Notes: generated from the sequence alone by a model not told the origin. Positions 28,825 to 39,798 are shown, numbered from the stretch's first letter. The stretch: DNA of 64,000 bases from Nitrosopumilaceae archaeon (GCA_965207375.1 OZ242274.1:384001-448000), one strand, 5' to 3'. Made by a program: numbers and translations.

Positions 28825-29190
28825 TTGGACATTGAGGTACAGCCATGGAAGAAGCTGGTAATTCACGAGGTCATAGAATACAAGTTTGAGGAATGGGCAA
28901 ACCAGATAGCATTTAATGCAAAATCATCAGGAGGAGGAATTCCAACCATGCAATGGGCAGAAGGAATAGTATTTTCTCCTGCAAACTTTCCCACTACAAA
29001 TGAAGTAATGAAGGAGCAGCTTGCAGGAACCCTGCACTGGTCATCAGTATCATTTGCAATCAAGGAAAAATTTGAAAAGCAAATTGTTCAAGATAATGCA
29101 ACAATCAACCTAATGGATGTAAGTGTAAACCAGATTTTTAAGGATTTAGCTATAAAACTCAAGGCCGAATCAAAATACAAGACACAATAA
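28825..29190 (+). CDS. hypothetical protein
   Basis: 121-aa ORF (PWKKLVIHEVIE, MQWAEGIVF). Confidence 0.7.
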   Translation: MDIEVQPWKKLVIHEVIEYKFEEWANQIAFNAKSSGGGIPTMQWAEGIVFSPANFPTTNEVMKEQLAGTLHWSSVSFAIKEKFEKQIVQDNATINLMDVSVNQIFKDLAIKLKAESKYKTQ

Positions 29191-29195
29191 CCAAA

Positions 29196-29687
29196 ATGTC
29201 TCATGAATTTCTCAAAATAATCTATGATGCTCCAATCATGTGGAGGAGAATCAACTCTATTGGAATAATTTTAGATTGCAATACAGAATATGCCTCAAGT
29301 CTAGGTTATGCAAAAAGCGAAGTCATTGGAAAAACAGTTTTTGAACATGTTCCATCAAGTGCAAGGGAATCAATGAATGAATCTCTAAAATCATGGTTTG
29401 AAACAGGAGAGGTTCAAGATAAAAAGCTAATATTCAAAAAACATGATGGTACAGAATTTGAGGTCATATTAGATGCAACTAGTATCTATGACAGTGAAAA
29501 CAATCTACTTGGAAGCAATACGGTAATATTTGCAAAAAACACAGATGAACAAAAAATCAGAGGATTTTTAATAAAAGCAAAAGACATGCTTGATTCAATG
29601 AATTTCTCATATGATACATTTGATGAGAATACAAAAAGAGAATTTGACGGAATGAAAAATATGATAGAAAAACTATTGAAAAAATAA
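29196..29687 (+). CDS. stand-alone PAS domain protein
   Basis: APIM...GIILDCN...LGYAKSEVIGK...KKHDGTEF...IYDSE. Confidence 0.8.
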   Translation: MSHEFLKIIYDAPIMWRRINSIGIILDCNTEYASSLGYAKSEVIGKTVFEHVPSSARESMNESLKSWFETGEVQDKKLIFKKHDGTEFEVILDATSIYDSENNLLGSNTVIFAKNTDEQKIRGFLIKAKDMLDSMNFSYDTFDENTKREFDGMKNMIEKLLKK

Positions 29688-29692
29688 GATTT

Positions 29693-30097
29693 CTATTTTT
29701 GTGGCCACATGGAATTCCAAGTGTCTGCAAACTTTTTCATCATCTCGCCGTAGGCCTTCATTTGTTCAAGACCCCCATCAGATGTTGATTTTTGCCAAGA
29801 CTCTGCAAATTGTTTAAAGCCTGTATCAGGCTTGCTTGTTGCCTGTTGCCAATATTCTTCAAATTCCTTTACTGAGTTTAAACCTGCATCACTCATTGCT
29901 TTTTGCCAATTCTTGCCAAACTGCTTCATTGTTTCCATGTTAGATTCGTTGGAGGCTTTTTCCATGACTGCGTTGAATTTTTGCTGCAGCTCAGAATTGG
30001 CTTTTAGAACCTCATCGAAAATTTTTCTCCAGTTTTCAAGAGAGTTACTATATTCCTTCCATAGTTTGTCCCATTCGTTGATACTTTCATTTGACAT
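29693..30097 (-). CDS. Trp-repeat amphipathic helical protein
   Basis: Repeated KQF..WQK motifs. Confidence 0.65.
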   Translation of the reverse strand: MSNESINEWDKLWKEYSNSLENWRKIFDEVLKANSELQQKFNAVMEKASNESNMETMKQFGKNWQKAMSDAGLNSVKEFEEYWQQATSKPDTGFKQFAESWQKSTSDGGLEQMKAYGEMMKKFADTWNSMWPQK

Positions 30098-30221
30098 GCA
30101 AAATAGATAGAGTCTATTCCAATTAAACTAATCGTGGTTTTTTGCATACGGTCACAATCTGAAATATTGAATTTGGATCAGATTTATAATCGACAAAAAT
30201 TAAGATGCAAATCAGGCAACA

Positions 30222-30755
30222 ATGGACAGAAAGTATAACGAATCTTTGCGTTGGTACTTTACTCCTACAGGAGGCGGTACGAAGCATGGTTTAAACCATG
30301 CAGGTCAAGAATCATTCCAGATCTGACAAGGCACTGTATGTGCTATGACCCGATAGGGGAGGCGATGCAATTCGGAAAATACCCTGACATGCATGGAACA
30401 ATTGTCTGTGACGATCACAAACAGGACAGGGCATATGACATACAGAAATGTTTAGCACACATCATGTGTGAGATGCCTTCCTGAGACACAAAAATGCAGA
30501 TGTAAAAAGTGCCTAGATGCGCTATAAACCCTCAAGGTACTATATGCAAATGATGCCAGAACGTGCACTGCACGAGATTGTGGTACACGCAAAATATGAG
30601 ACATAATAAGATCTAAAAAATATGGAAACTTTGGACAATTTGTTTTCATATGTGATGACGTGGAGAAATGTCTGATTCAACTATTTGGAAGAGATGATAA
30701 AATATCTCTAGATGAAAAGATTCAGGTTAACACTTGCAAAAAATATGAAAAATGA
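30222..30755 (+). pseudogene. degraded Cys-rich gene (frameshifts and stops)
   Basis: Fragments MDRKYNESLRWY / YSYRRRYEAWF...IVCDD...KCL / CRCKKC...FICDDVEKCL across frames. Confidence 0.3.
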
Positions 30756-30758
30756 CGC

Positions 30759-31178
30759 TTAGATTTTTCTAAGAATGTCTGCCTTTTTGGCTTGAAACTC
30801 TTTGTCGGTAATTATTCCTTTTTTGTGAAGGGCTGCAAGTTTTTCTAAAATCTCTAGACTTTGTTCTGGGGAATATGCCAACTTTTTGGCAGAGCTTACG
30901 CCATGAGACACAGTATCAGATGCCTGCTTTAGAATTTCAGAACCTTTCTCGGTTGCAATTTTTCTAAGAACGTCTGACTGTTGTTTTGCAATCTCGGTTT
31001 GGGCCCTGAGTTTATCAATTACCTTTTTAGAATTTTTGGCATTGAATCTTTTCTGATATTCGTTCATAATAAGAACTGGAAAAGCGGTCCATTCTAGATC
31101 CTGATAGTATCGCTTTATCTGAGAGTCATTCATGTCTTTGAGCATTTTTTTAAAAGATGCCTCAGTTTTTTCTACCAA
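30759..31178 (-). CDS. SHOCT domain protein
   Basis: C-terminal LEKLAALHKKGIITDKEFQAKKADIL. Confidence 0.8.
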   Translation of the reverse strand: MVEKTEASFKKMLKDMNDSQIKRYYQDLEWTAFPVLIMNEYQKRFNAKNSKKVIDKLRAQTEIAKQQSDVLRKIATEKGSEILKQASDTVSHGVSSAKKLAYSPEQSLEILEKLAALHKKGIITDKEFQAKKADILRKI

Positions 31179-31196
31179 TGATTCTCATAGATCGTA

Positions 31197-32531
31197 CTAG
31201 TATTTGAAATAATCTTTGAGTTTGTATTTGTCTATTTTAGGAATCTTGGCAAGCTCAAATCCTTCTGGTCTCTTGTCAAGTGGACGTGTTGCATCAATGC
31301 CCATTTTTGCGGTTCTAAGCTTTTTCTGGTCACTGGAAGGATCTAGACTGGATCCACGCACATTTTTAATAATAACTAGGTCTTGGTCTGCCTGGAATCT
31401 GGTTGCCATGGCATATTCTACGGCTTTGGCACTGTTTGGATCAATATCATCATCAACTATTGTAACCTGCTTTAGGGAACGATGAGTCTCAAATGCCTTT
31501 TTGATTAGATTTTTGCCGTCATCATGAGATCTCTTTTTGATTTGAACTACAGCGTGCAGCCAGTTACATCCACCGTCAGTCATAGATACAGTCTGTGTCT
31601 GTGGATATGCCTTTTTGATTTCTCCATATAGTTTTGATTCAATTGGCATTCCCATCAAAAGTCGATGCTCGGTGTATCCCGATAAGATATCGTGAAATAT
31701 CGGATCGTTTCTATAGTATAGATTTTCAAGCTCAAATACGGGCTGATCTCTGGGATCATCATATGTCTGAAGCATTTCAACCATCCATTCCTGATGAGTC
31801 CTGTTTCTTAGAATTTTGCCTTCCATTACAATTTCAGCATTCGAAGGCACATTGATTTGAGAGTACGGGGTTTTATACAGAGTAAGCTTGCCTCCAAGCA
31901 AAGAGTTTGCAATGTCTAGCTCGTCTTTTCCCCAGTCATATTGATAGGCTCCAGCAATAGATATTGCAGGGTGAACTCCTACTGTAATTGCAACCCGGAG
32001 ATCATCTCCTTTTTCTTTGGCATCAGTGAAACATCGATGCAGATGACGACCTTCAACCATCCTGATAGAAAAGTGAGTTGCATCAATTGGCATTAATCTA
32101 TGAAATGAAGAGTTTTGTTTTCCGGTTTCTGGATTCTTTGCATAAACAATTGATGATGTGACAAAGGGTCCGGATTCTTTTTCAAAGTGCGTGACAATTG
32201 GAAGCTTTGTTATATTTTTTGATTGATTTTGCATGAACTTTGCCTGTGATGTAATCTTTGGTTTTTTGGCACCGCGAATTGCCCTGACTATTTTTTGATG
32301 AATATTGTCTTCAGTTGTTCCAATTGCCTGTGCAAGGCGCCTTCTTGTACCCACAAGATTGGCTACAAGATTAAATTTGCTTTCCTTAATGTTCTCAAAT
32401 AATACAGCATACTTGCCGTCAGTTTTTGCAGTGATTGCTGCAATCTCATATTTTGTAGAGACAGATTTTTTTATGGTTTTAAGCTCCCTGCTTTTGCGGA
32501 TTAACGAAATATAATTTCGAAGATCAGACAT
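31197..32531 (-). CDS. UbiD family prFMN-dependent decarboxylase (probable anhydromevalonate-phosphate decarboxylase)
   Basis: NSSFHR, VPSNAEIVMEG, EH, LHAVVQI, VDDDID, SSLDPS, KMGIDAT. Confidence 0.88.
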   Translation of the reverse strand: MSDLRNYISLIRKSRELKTIKKSVSTKYEIAAITAKTDGKYAVLFENIKESKFNLVANLVGTRRRLAQAIGTTEDNIHQKIVRAIRGAKKPKITSQAKFMQNQSKNITKLPIVTHFEKESGPFVTSSIVYAKNPETGKQNSSFHRLMPIDATHFSIRMVEGRHLHRCFTDAKEKGDDLRVAITVGVHPAISIAGAYQYDWGKDELDIANSLLGGKLTLYKTPYSQINVPSNAEIVMEGKILRNRTHQEWMVEMLQTYDDPRDQPVFELENLYYRNDPIFHDILSGYTEHRLLMGMPIESKLYGEIKKAYPQTQTVSMTDGGCNWLHAVVQIKKRSHDDGKNLIKKAFETHRSLKQVTIVDDDIDPNSAKAVEYAMATRFQADQDLVIIKNVRGSSLDPSSDQKKLRTAKMGIDATRPLDKRPEGFELAKIPKIDKYKLKDYFKY

Positions 32532-32871
32532 TACGTATCATCTCTGTAATTTCACTCATTATAGCCTTTGCAGCATTTATGTCAATTTCTTTTTGTACAC
32601 TAACTGTAACTATGGCAATTCCTTGAACGGTGGAGCTAATTTTTTCTGCCGTCAATTTAATAAAAAGAGATTCGGTCTTAGCCGGAATCACAGTGGTAGT
32701 TACAGGTCTTGGACCTGTTGCCAGTGAGACGACCATAGAGCCTATTTTCTCATTGCCTTCAGTAACAGATACAAAGTTTCCATTTTCGAACCTCAATACC
32801 TGTACTACAAACCTTCGATTCTCCACATCAATTGTTTTTTTCAAAAACTCAGATGTGGGAGCCATAAGCAT
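32524..32871 (-). CDS. small protein, proteasome assembly chaperone-like
   Basis: FENGNFVSVTEG..KIGSMVVSL pattern. Confidence 0.5.
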   Translation of the reverse strand: MLMAPTSEFLKKTIDVENRRFVVQVLRFENGNFVSVTEGNEKIGSMVVSLATGPRPVTTTVIPAKTESLFIKLTAEKISSTVQGIAIVTVSVQKEIDINAAKAIMSEITEMIRNV

Positions 32872-32882
32872 TAGAATTGCTT

Positions 32883-33122
32883 CTATGTTTTTATTGCTAC
32901 TGCTTCTTCCTTTGAATCAGCCTCTACTCTTGCACGTAGTTTTGCTTTGTACTTCAAGTTTCGTGGTTTGGTTCGTAATCTGTATCCACAACATGGACAC
33001 CACAAACCTTCCCATTTAATGAAGATCTCACAAATTTGGCATCTTCTTTGGCCAGAAGCATATCTACCGGTTCCAACGGGTTTTTGAGCTTTGTATCTTG
33101 TGCAAATTCCTTTACATGTCAT
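32883..33122 (-). CDS. small basic zinc-finger protein
   Basis: MTCKGIC...RRCQICE...WCPCCGYRLR. Confidence 0.8.
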   Translation of the reverse strand: MTCKGICTRYKAQKPVGTGRYASGQRRCQICEIFIKWEGLWCPCCGYRLRTKPRNLKYKAKLRARVEADSKEEAVAIKT

Positions 33123-33749
33123 ATCAAATCACTCTCTTGGTGACGTATGGAAAATATAACTATATAAGCATGGATCGATAATTTTCATAAAATTTTATTA
33201 AAATTCTTATAAATTTTACAAAAAAAAATCAAAATCAAAAAAAATTATTTTCAAAAAATGAACAAATGTTGTATAAATATCTATAGCTGTTTTTGATACC
33301 TAAACTGTTATAATTCGTGACTAGCCACATATAGTTCTTTGAACAATTTTTACACTTTTTTTCAAAAAAGTTAGAAAACATCCAACAAATGCCACCATAC
33401 AAGCGCAGATTTAGGCGACAAAATGCATGAATTAGAATTGTTGAATACACCTGCGTTTGCATGATTGTGTCAAGTCAAAATCAACTTGGTTTAAAAAAAG
33501 AATCCATATTCGCAGATGAGACTTGAATCAGATTTCGTATTATTTCTTGAAAGGTACACAAAAAGCATCTGAAACTTTGCACATTTAGGCAAAAACTGGC
33601 AAATCAAATAGTTTGGTTTCTGGAGTTTATTGAATACTGAATTATACCTAGCATGATTTCACTTGACTGCAAAGCATGATAGTCAATCTCAAGACTCATT
33701 TTATCGTCTAGGATTGCCTTTAATCAGGTGTTTGTCCTTGTGTAAAATT

Positions 33750-34412
33750 TTATCCCGTCATAGATAATGGCAAAATGTGTTTTGAGAACCCTTCTCGTTT
33801 TGAGATAAATTTTGCAGACAGCATGTCTCGCTTTCCTCTTTGGTTATGATTTTTGATTTTCAAGCTGGTGTGTCTCTCGTCTACAAAGTGTAGCTCAAAT
33901 GCAGAGCAATATCTCAAATTCAACATTGTTCCAATTTCACGCGCAATGTGCATTCTGCCATTTCCGATTTTAACCATTTTCCGCTCTGCTCTTAATCCGC
34001 CTAAAATTACAATCATGTGATTTACTAGTTCCTCAACAGATGAGTGGATAGAGCTCTCAATTTCTCGTCCATAATACGACACTGAAAGGCCTAGTCTTTT
34101 TCCGGGATCAACTCCCAAAACTAGATTGGAGGGTTCAAATCCATTATCTAGTTTTCTTATAAATACACCACGAATTACAGTAATATGCTGATCAAAAACA
34201 TCATCATAAATTATTGGAATTTTGCATCTTTGAGGAGTCTCCTCTGGCGTAGTCAGAATTACATTTCCTGTATATTGTGCAGTGTCGTCTGGCAAAATAG
34301 AGTCAAATGGAACGTCTAGTTGATTTAGAGCCTTGCAGAATTTAAAATAAGGTTTTCCATACGTGGTGGCAACCCCGATGCGAAAGAATCTCAGAGAGTC
34401 TATAATTTGCAA
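33750..34412 (-). CDS. RNase H-fold (YqgF-like) protein
   Basis: VLGVDPGKRLG, KIGNG, FVDERHTS, RDMLSA. Confidence 0.7.
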   Translation of the reverse strand: MQIIDSLRFFRIGVATTYGKPYFKFCKALNQLDVPFDSILPDDTAQYTGNVILTTPEETPQRCKIPIIYDDVFDQHITVIRGVFIRKLDNGFEPSNLVLGVDPGKRLGLSVSYYGREIESSIHSSVEELVNHMIVILGGLRAERKMVKIGNGRMHIAREIGTMLNLRYCSAFELHFVDERHTSLKIKNHNQRGKRDMLSAKFISKREGFSKHILPLSMTG

Positions 34413-34434
34413 AGCACAACAATATGTTAAAGAA

Positions 34435-34794
34435 CTATGCCTTCAAAACAGTTGACACAACAATATCAATTGCTTCATCAAAACTAGCGTCAATCTTAGA
34501 TTGGGTCTCAGTCAAGGTTGCTTCTCCCTCCTGTGCAATTCTAGCAGCTTCTGTCTCAGCCTTGGATTTTGCTGCATTAATTATGGATTCGGCCTCCAGA
34601 GTGGCCATTTCTTTGACCTTATCTGCAAGTACGACTAGTTCTGACTGGGTCTTGGCACTGATATTTTTTTGAACTTCAGAAACACGTGAATTTAGCGAGT
34701 CAATGTCATCCTCTAGGGAGGATAACGCCTTTACAATGCCTGATACCTTGGATTCTGCTACGCTCATCTCTTGATCCAAAACCATTATTTCCAA
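34435..34794 (-). CDS. coiled-coil protein resembling A-type ATP synthase subunit H
   Basis: Long Ala/Glu/Lys helix ending FDEAIDIVVSTVL. Confidence 0.55.
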   Translation of the reverse strand: MEIMVLDQEMSVAESKVSGIVKALSSLEDDIDSLNSRVSEVQKNISAKTQSELVVLADKVKEMATLEAESIINAAKSKAETEAARIAQEGEATLTETQSKIDASFDEAIDIVVSTVLKA

Positions 34795-34805
34795 TAATTA
34801 AACCT

Positions 34806-35147
34806 TCAATCCGTACTTAATTGCAAGATTGCCTGGGCCAGATCGCCTTTTGTCTCAGTAAGGGCTGCAATTGCCTTTTCCCTATCTACCTTGGCCTTGA
34901 GGCATATCAGGTCAATATCCTCATCAGCGAAGATAGGAACCTCCAACTCCTTTTCCTCATAGTCATCAGCAGTTATTGTAAAAATTAAATTATTTTGTGC
35001 CTTCATTTCTGTAACAGAGGGCTTTGCAATTATGATCTCTTTTTTGTCCGTTTTGATAATGACTTCTTGAACATTGGGCATTTCTTGCATGTCAAGGCCC
35101 ATCTTGTCCATCATTCGTCGCATCTGTCGGTTGTTACCACGCATCAT
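34806..35147 (-). CDS. nac: nascent polypeptide-associated complex protein
   Basis: RQMRRMMDKMG...EVII; UBA-like EDIDLI...GDLAQAI. Confidence 0.93.
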   Translation of the reverse strand: MMRGNNRQMRRMMDKMGLDMQEMPNVQEVIIKTDKKEIIIAKPSVTEMKAQNNLIFTITADDYEEKELEVPIFADEDIDLICLKAKVDREKAIAALTETKGDLAQAILQLSTD

Positions 35148-35620
35148 ACAGTGTTCTTATCTCCTGCCTGACTTTTTAAACTATCTCTAACTTTGACTGC
35201 CACGCCTCGCTCAAAATCAGCTATTTGTTCAGCAGATAGAGACGCCCTACCTACTGCTATGACTGTATCCTTGTACAGTACAGGAGTGTCTGCCAAAATC
35301 TTTACATTTTTGCCGCACCAAGTAACATGTTTTGCAAATACGGAATATCCCTGTTCAATAAAGGGTTTAGAGTCAGCTGTAACCTCAACACAGCTCTGCC
35401 TGAACCTGCGGCTTTTGAGCAATATCTGTGCAAAATATGGGGTAACTGCAAGACCTCCATCTATACGAAGTGTACAAAGTAGGTTATCACCAGAAAACAC
35501 ATTTTTGATTCGGCCTGTCTTTTTTGAAAATACAATCCGGACATCCTTTGGAAGTTTTTTTGAAACTCCAGAGCCAAATAGCGCATCAATTGTATGTCTG
35601 AGTTTTACTAGAGGATCCAA
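35144..35620 (-). CDS. PUA-domain protein (ArcTGT C-terminal-like)
   Basis: SKKTGRIK, LRIDGG, SVFAKHV, AVGRA, GVAVKVR. Confidence 0.8.
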   Translation of the reverse strand: MDPLVKLRHTIDALFGSGVSKKLPKDVRIVFSKKTGRIKNVFSGDNLLCTLRIDGGLAVTPYFAQILLKSRRFRQSCVEVTADSKPFIEQGYSVFAKHVTWCGKNVKILADTPVLYKDTVIAVGRASLSAEQIADFERGVAVKVRDSLKSQAGDKNTV

Positions 35621-35712
35621 TATTTTTGCAGGGAATTTTTCTATATATTAGTTCACGGTATAGTATGGTTAAAACGATCAAACTATATAGATCATCTCAT
35701 TTGCCATGTATT

Positions 35713-36759
35713 ATGGAAGAAAGAGAGGAAACAAGAAAAATTCAATTTACCGGAAAATCATCATATATAGTTTCATTGCCAAAACAATGGGTTATTGATT
35801 TAGGGTTACAGCAGGGGGATCAAATCAGAATGCAAAGACAGGGGTCTGCCGGACTGCACATATATCCGGTAAAGCATCAAGCCTCGCCAAAACAAAAAGA
35901 GGACGCAACCATAGAGATCAGAACAGACGAGTCAACATCAGCAGTTGTTAGAAAGCTAATCTCGCTTTATTTTTTGGGATTTAGAACAATCAATATCAGA
36001 CCAAAGGAGGGTAGACTCAATCCCCCACAAAGAACTGCCATAAAAAATGCCGTAAAAAGGATGCTTATGGGATCTGAAATAATTTCAGATTCCACAAGTG
36101 GAATTACAATTCAGGTTTTAGTGAATCTTTTAGAGCTCTCAATTGATGGTGCCTTTAAGAGAATGATCCACCTAGCAAAGTCAATGTTGAGTGATGCCAT
36201 ACTTTCACTCAAAGAAGAAAATCTAGATTTGGCAGAAGAGGTGATCAATACCGATGACGAGGTTGATAGATTCGGATTCTACATAATCAGACAGATCAAG
36301 ATTGCCATTCAAAATGAACACATGTTAGAAGAGATGGGCTTAGACAGTACAAGAAATTGTCTTGGATACAGAGTGGTGGTAAAAAATATTGAAAGGACCG
36401 GAGACCATGCAGCGTTTATAGCAAAGGATTTGCTTGAATTCAAAAAAGGCATCAAACAAGGAATCTTGAGTAAAATTGAAGATATGAATAACTTTTCAAT
36501 CGAGGTTTTAGATGATGCATGTCTGGCATTATTCAAAGAGGATCATGCAGAGGCTGAAAAAACAATCAACAAAACTCTTGACATTACAAAATATGAAAAA
36601 AAAATTCTAGATTCCTGCAAGAATCTCAAAGACGAAGAGGTGCTATTCAGGGTTAGAAGAATGACTGAAAATATCAAGAGAATTGCAGAGTATGCAAGCG
36701 ATATTGCAGAAATTGTGCTCAATCTTAATATTGAAAAGGCACTCTTAAAGAAAGCCTAA
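35713..36759 (+). CDS. phoU: AbrB + PhoU phosphate-uptake regulator
   Basis: RKIQFTGKSSYIVSLPKQW; DDEVDR, ERTGDH, RIAEYASDIAE. Confidence 0.88.
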   Translation: MEEREETRKIQFTGKSSYIVSLPKQWVIDLGLQQGDQIRMQRQGSAGLHIYPVKHQASPKQKEDATIEIRTDESTSAVVRKLISLYFLGFRTINIRPKEGRLNPPQRTAIKNAVKRMLMGSEIISDSTSGITIQVLVNLLELSIDGAFKRMIHLAKSMLSDAILSLKEENLDLAEEVINTDDEVDRFGFYIIRQIKIAIQNEHMLEEMGLDSTRNCLGYRVVVKNIERTGDHAAFIAKDLLEFKKGIKQGILSKIEDMNNFSIEVLDDACLALFKEDHAEAEKTINKTLDITKYEKKILDSCKNLKDEEVLFRVRRMTENIKRIAEYASDIAEIVLNLNIEKALLKKA

Positions 36760-36769
36760 TTATTGCAAA

Positions 36770-37402
36770 ATGGCAAGATGTAAAATTATGACATTGATGA
36801 ATAGTAGGGATTTTTCAGATTGGGATACATTTTACAGAAAAAACGACTATAAGACTATGCCTTGGTTTTTGGCAGAATTAGACAGAGATCTCAAAGATGC
36901 AATGGATAAGATGGGCATAAAAAACGGGAATTTTCTTGATTTAGGAACAGGGCCTGGAACTCAGGCAGTACAGCTGCAAAAGATGGGATTTGATGCAACA
37001 GGCTCTGATATTTCAGAATCGGCAATACAGGGGGCAAGGCAGTTAGGAGATGCAACATTTGTTGTAGATGATATTTTGAATTCAAAATTGTCTGAAAATA
37101 ACTTTGACTATATTTTAGACAGAGGATGCTTTCATGTCTTTGATTCAAAAAAACATGTAGAATATATCAAAAATATTAAAAAAATTCAAAGACAGGAAGG
37201 ATATCTTTTCTTAAAATGTATGAGTGTAAAGGAGACAGATCTGGCACAGGACCGAGGTCCGTACAGATATTCGCACAAGCAAATCGAAAATATATTTTCT
37301 GATGATTATGAGATTTTAGAGTTTAAAGATACCGTATATTATGGAACAATCAGGCCACAGCCAAAGGCAATATTTTTTGTAATGAGAAAAAACAGATTAT
37401 GA
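36770..37402 (+). CDS. class I SAM-dependent methyltransferase
   Basis: W..FY...[19 protein letters not shown]. Confidence 0.85.
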   Translation: MARCKIMTLMNSRDFSDWDTFYRKNDYKTMPWFLAELDRDLKDAMDKMGIKNGNFLDLGTGPGTQAVQLQKMGFDATGSDISESAIQGARQLGDATFVVDDILNSKLSENNFDYILDRGCFHVFDSKKHVEYIKNIKKIQRQEGYLFLKCMSVKETDLAQDRGPYRYSHKQIENIFSDDYEILEFKDTVYYGTIRPQPKAIFFVMRKNRL

Positions 37403-38499
37403 ACTCTGCAATTTTAATCACATACAATAAGGATGATGCCATAGATGAGGCAACTGCGCTTTGTGATGCGGCAGGGTACAGGGTGGATCACATTATCAAA
37501 CAAGATTACCTACAACGCCCAAAATACGGAATAAGTGAGGAGATAATTGACAGGCTAGAAAAGACTGCCCAGAAAATTAAACCAGACGTTATTGTCTACG
37601 ACGAAGTGCTAAAACCTAGTCAGAACTACAATTTAGCATCAAAGCTTCACAGAAATATTTTAGATCGCGAGTCTTTGATTTTGGAGATTTTTGAAAGCCG
37701 CGCCTCAAGCAAAGAGTCAAAGCTGCAGGTAAAGCTAGGGCAGATGCGATACGAAATATCTAGGGCTCGAGAAAAGGTGCGACTATCAAAGATGGGCGAA
37801 CAGCCAGGGTTTATGGGAATAGGAAAATTTGAGGCAGATGCATATGCAGACGACATCAAGCACAGGATGCAGACTGTGCAAAAAAAACTCGCAAAGGCAG
37901 GAAAGCAAAGGGAGCTTCACAGAGAGTCAAGAAGAAAGCAGGGATTCAAGATAATCTCGCTTGCAGGATACACATCTGCGGGAAAAACCACGCTGTTTAA
38001 CGCAATTACAGGAGAACAAAGGCGGCAATCAGCAGAGCTGTTCACCACACTTTCAACGACAATAAGGCGACTAGAGGTCAAAGATGATGTGTTTTTGGTA
38101 TCAGATACGGTAGGCTTTATCAGCAAACTTCCGGCATATCTGATTGATGCGTTCAAATCAACACTAGAGGAGTTGCTGTATTCAGATGTCATAATTACAG
38201 TAGTGGATATCAATGATGAATCAACCCAGCTGCAAAAGAAGATTAAAAGTTGCAACAAAACCCTAAACGAGCTAGGAGTAGAACAGGACAGAATAATTTA
38301 CGCATTAAATAAAAGTGATCTTACGACAAAGGCAGAGATTGCCTCTAAAATGAAATATTTAGGATTAGATGAGACCAAAAAATGTATATCTATTTCTGCA
38401 CAGACACGGCACAATTTGGACGGACTGAAAACTCTAGTCAGCGATGTCATACACAGTCAAGATCCAAACATAGTTACAAATAAGAAATACAGAGGGTGA
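37399..38499 (+). CDS. hflX: GTPase HflX
   Basis: [34 protein letters not shown]. Confidence 0.93.
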   Translation: MNSAILITYNKDDAIDEATALCDAAGYRVDHIIKQDYLQRPKYGISEEIIDRLEKTAQKIKPDVIVYDEVLKPSQNYNLASKLHRNILDRESLILEIFESRASSKESKLQVKLGQMRYEISRAREKVRLSKMGEQPGFMGIGKFEADAYADDIKHRMQTVQKKLAKAGKQRELHRESRRKQGFKIISLAGYTSAGKTTLFNAITGEQRRQSAELFTTLSTTIRRLEVKDDVFLVSDTVGFISKLPAYLIDAFKSTLEELLYSDVIITVVDINDESTQLQKKIKSCNKTLNELGVEQDRIIYALNKSDLTTKAEIASKMKYLGLDETKKCISISAQTRHNLDGLKTLVSDVIHSQDPNIVTNKKYRG

Positions 38500-38507
38500 G
38501 GAGGCTC

Positions 38508-39032
38508 ATGGAAATTGAGGTTTTAAGAATTGGACAGCGAGTGGTAAGAGATGACAGGGTAACTACACATGTCGCACTAGTTGCAAGGGCATTTTGTGCA
38601 GCACGAATCTATATGGATGAGATTAATCCAGAAATTAAAGATACGATAAAAAAAATTAACAAAACCTGGGGAGGATATTTTGAAATTGTTATGATTGATA
38701 ATTGGAAAAGTACATTAAAAGAAAAAATCAGACAGGGCTTTGTTGTGGTACATCTTACAATGTATGGCCAGCTAGTGCACAAAGTAAGCAAAAAGATTTC
38801 TCAGGAGAAAAAAATCCTAGTGGTTGTAGGCGCACAAAAGGTGCCAAGAGAGGTCTACGAATTATCAAGGTATAATGTGGCAGTTGCAAGTCAGCCACAT
38901 TCAGAGATTAGCGCACTAGCAGTATTGTTAGATCGGATTCAGGACGGAAAACAGTTTGAAAAGAAATTTGTCAATGCAAAACAAAGCATTGTTCCTACAA
39001 ACCAAGGCAAGCAGGTAAAAACAATGCAATAG
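38508..39032 (+). CDS. trm56: tRNA (cytidine56-2'-O)-methyltransferase
   Basis: RDDRVTTHVALVARAF, WGG, HLTMYG, VGAQKVP, QPHSEI. Confidence 0.93.
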   Translation: MEIEVLRIGQRVVRDDRVTTHVALVARAFCAARIYMDEINPEIKDTIKKINKTWGGYFEIVMIDNWKSTLKEKIRQGFVVVHLTMYGQLVHKVSKKISQEKKILVVVGAQKVPREVYELSRYNVAVASQPHSEISALAVLLDRIQDGKQFEKKFVNAKQSIVPTNQGKQVKTMQ

Positions 39033-39282
39033 ATGCTATTAGTGCCTACAGAAATTGCAAGGCTTGTACCCTACAAATCTGTATAATCGAGGTCCAAGAT
39101 GACCCTACCATCCTGTCATGATTGAAGCAAAAAAGCCTATGCAAAAATACGAGTTAGCTCCAAAGGCAGGGCGGATTTGCTGTACATTTGTATACAGTGC
39201 CAAGTAGTTTGTGCCAGTCATGCGGTGATTTTTGCGATAAATGAAAAAAGGGATTAATACGGGAGCCAGGCAAGAAAAACAG

Positions 39283-39798
39283 TTGGTTGACAAGTACGAA
39301 GATCCTTTTGTAAGAATTTCTGCCATGATAGGCGGCGATGAATATCTCAAGGTTGCAAGATCCCTGCTAAAGGCAGAAGATGCAACAGATGAGGAGATTG
39401 CAAGCTCCACAGGACTGAGAATCAATATGGTAAGAAAGGTTCTCTATGATCTTTTTGGAAAATCATTGATTACCGGAATCAGAGTAAAGGATGAAAGAAA
39501 GGGGTGGTTTGTCTACAGATGGAGAACTAGAAGGGAGGAGGTTGAGAACTTTATTGAAAATCAAAAGAAAAAGATCACAGAAAGATTGCAACAAAGGCTA
39601 GACTATGAGGAATCTTCGGATTTTTATCATTGCGGTAACGAGGATTGCTCTAGAGTCACATTTGAGACTGCACTAGATGACATGTTCAAGTGTGGATCCT
39701 GTGGAAAGGTGGTCAATCTCAAAAAGAATGACAAATCAAAAAAGGCATACCAAAAAAAAATTGATGAGATCAAAAAAGACATGCAGCAGATATTTTAG
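39283..39798 (+). CDS. tfe: transcription factor E
   Basis: TDEEIASSTGLRINMVRKVLY, KGWFVYRW, Zn ribbon C..C...C..CG; TTG start assumed. Confidence 0.9.
   Translation: MVDKYEDPFVRISAMIGGDEYLKVARSLLKAEDATDEEIASSTGLRINMVRKVLYDLFGKSLITGIRVKDERKGWFVYRWRTRREEVENFIENQKKKITERLQQRLDYEESSDFYHCGNEDCSRVTFETALDDMFKCGSCGKVVNLKKNDKSKKAYQKKIDEIKKDMQQIF

Noticed and set aside
39033-39240. Spacer between trm56 and tfe considered as RNase P/SRP or another ncRNA
   Set aside because: No conserved RNase P or SRP motifs recognised; only weak pairing
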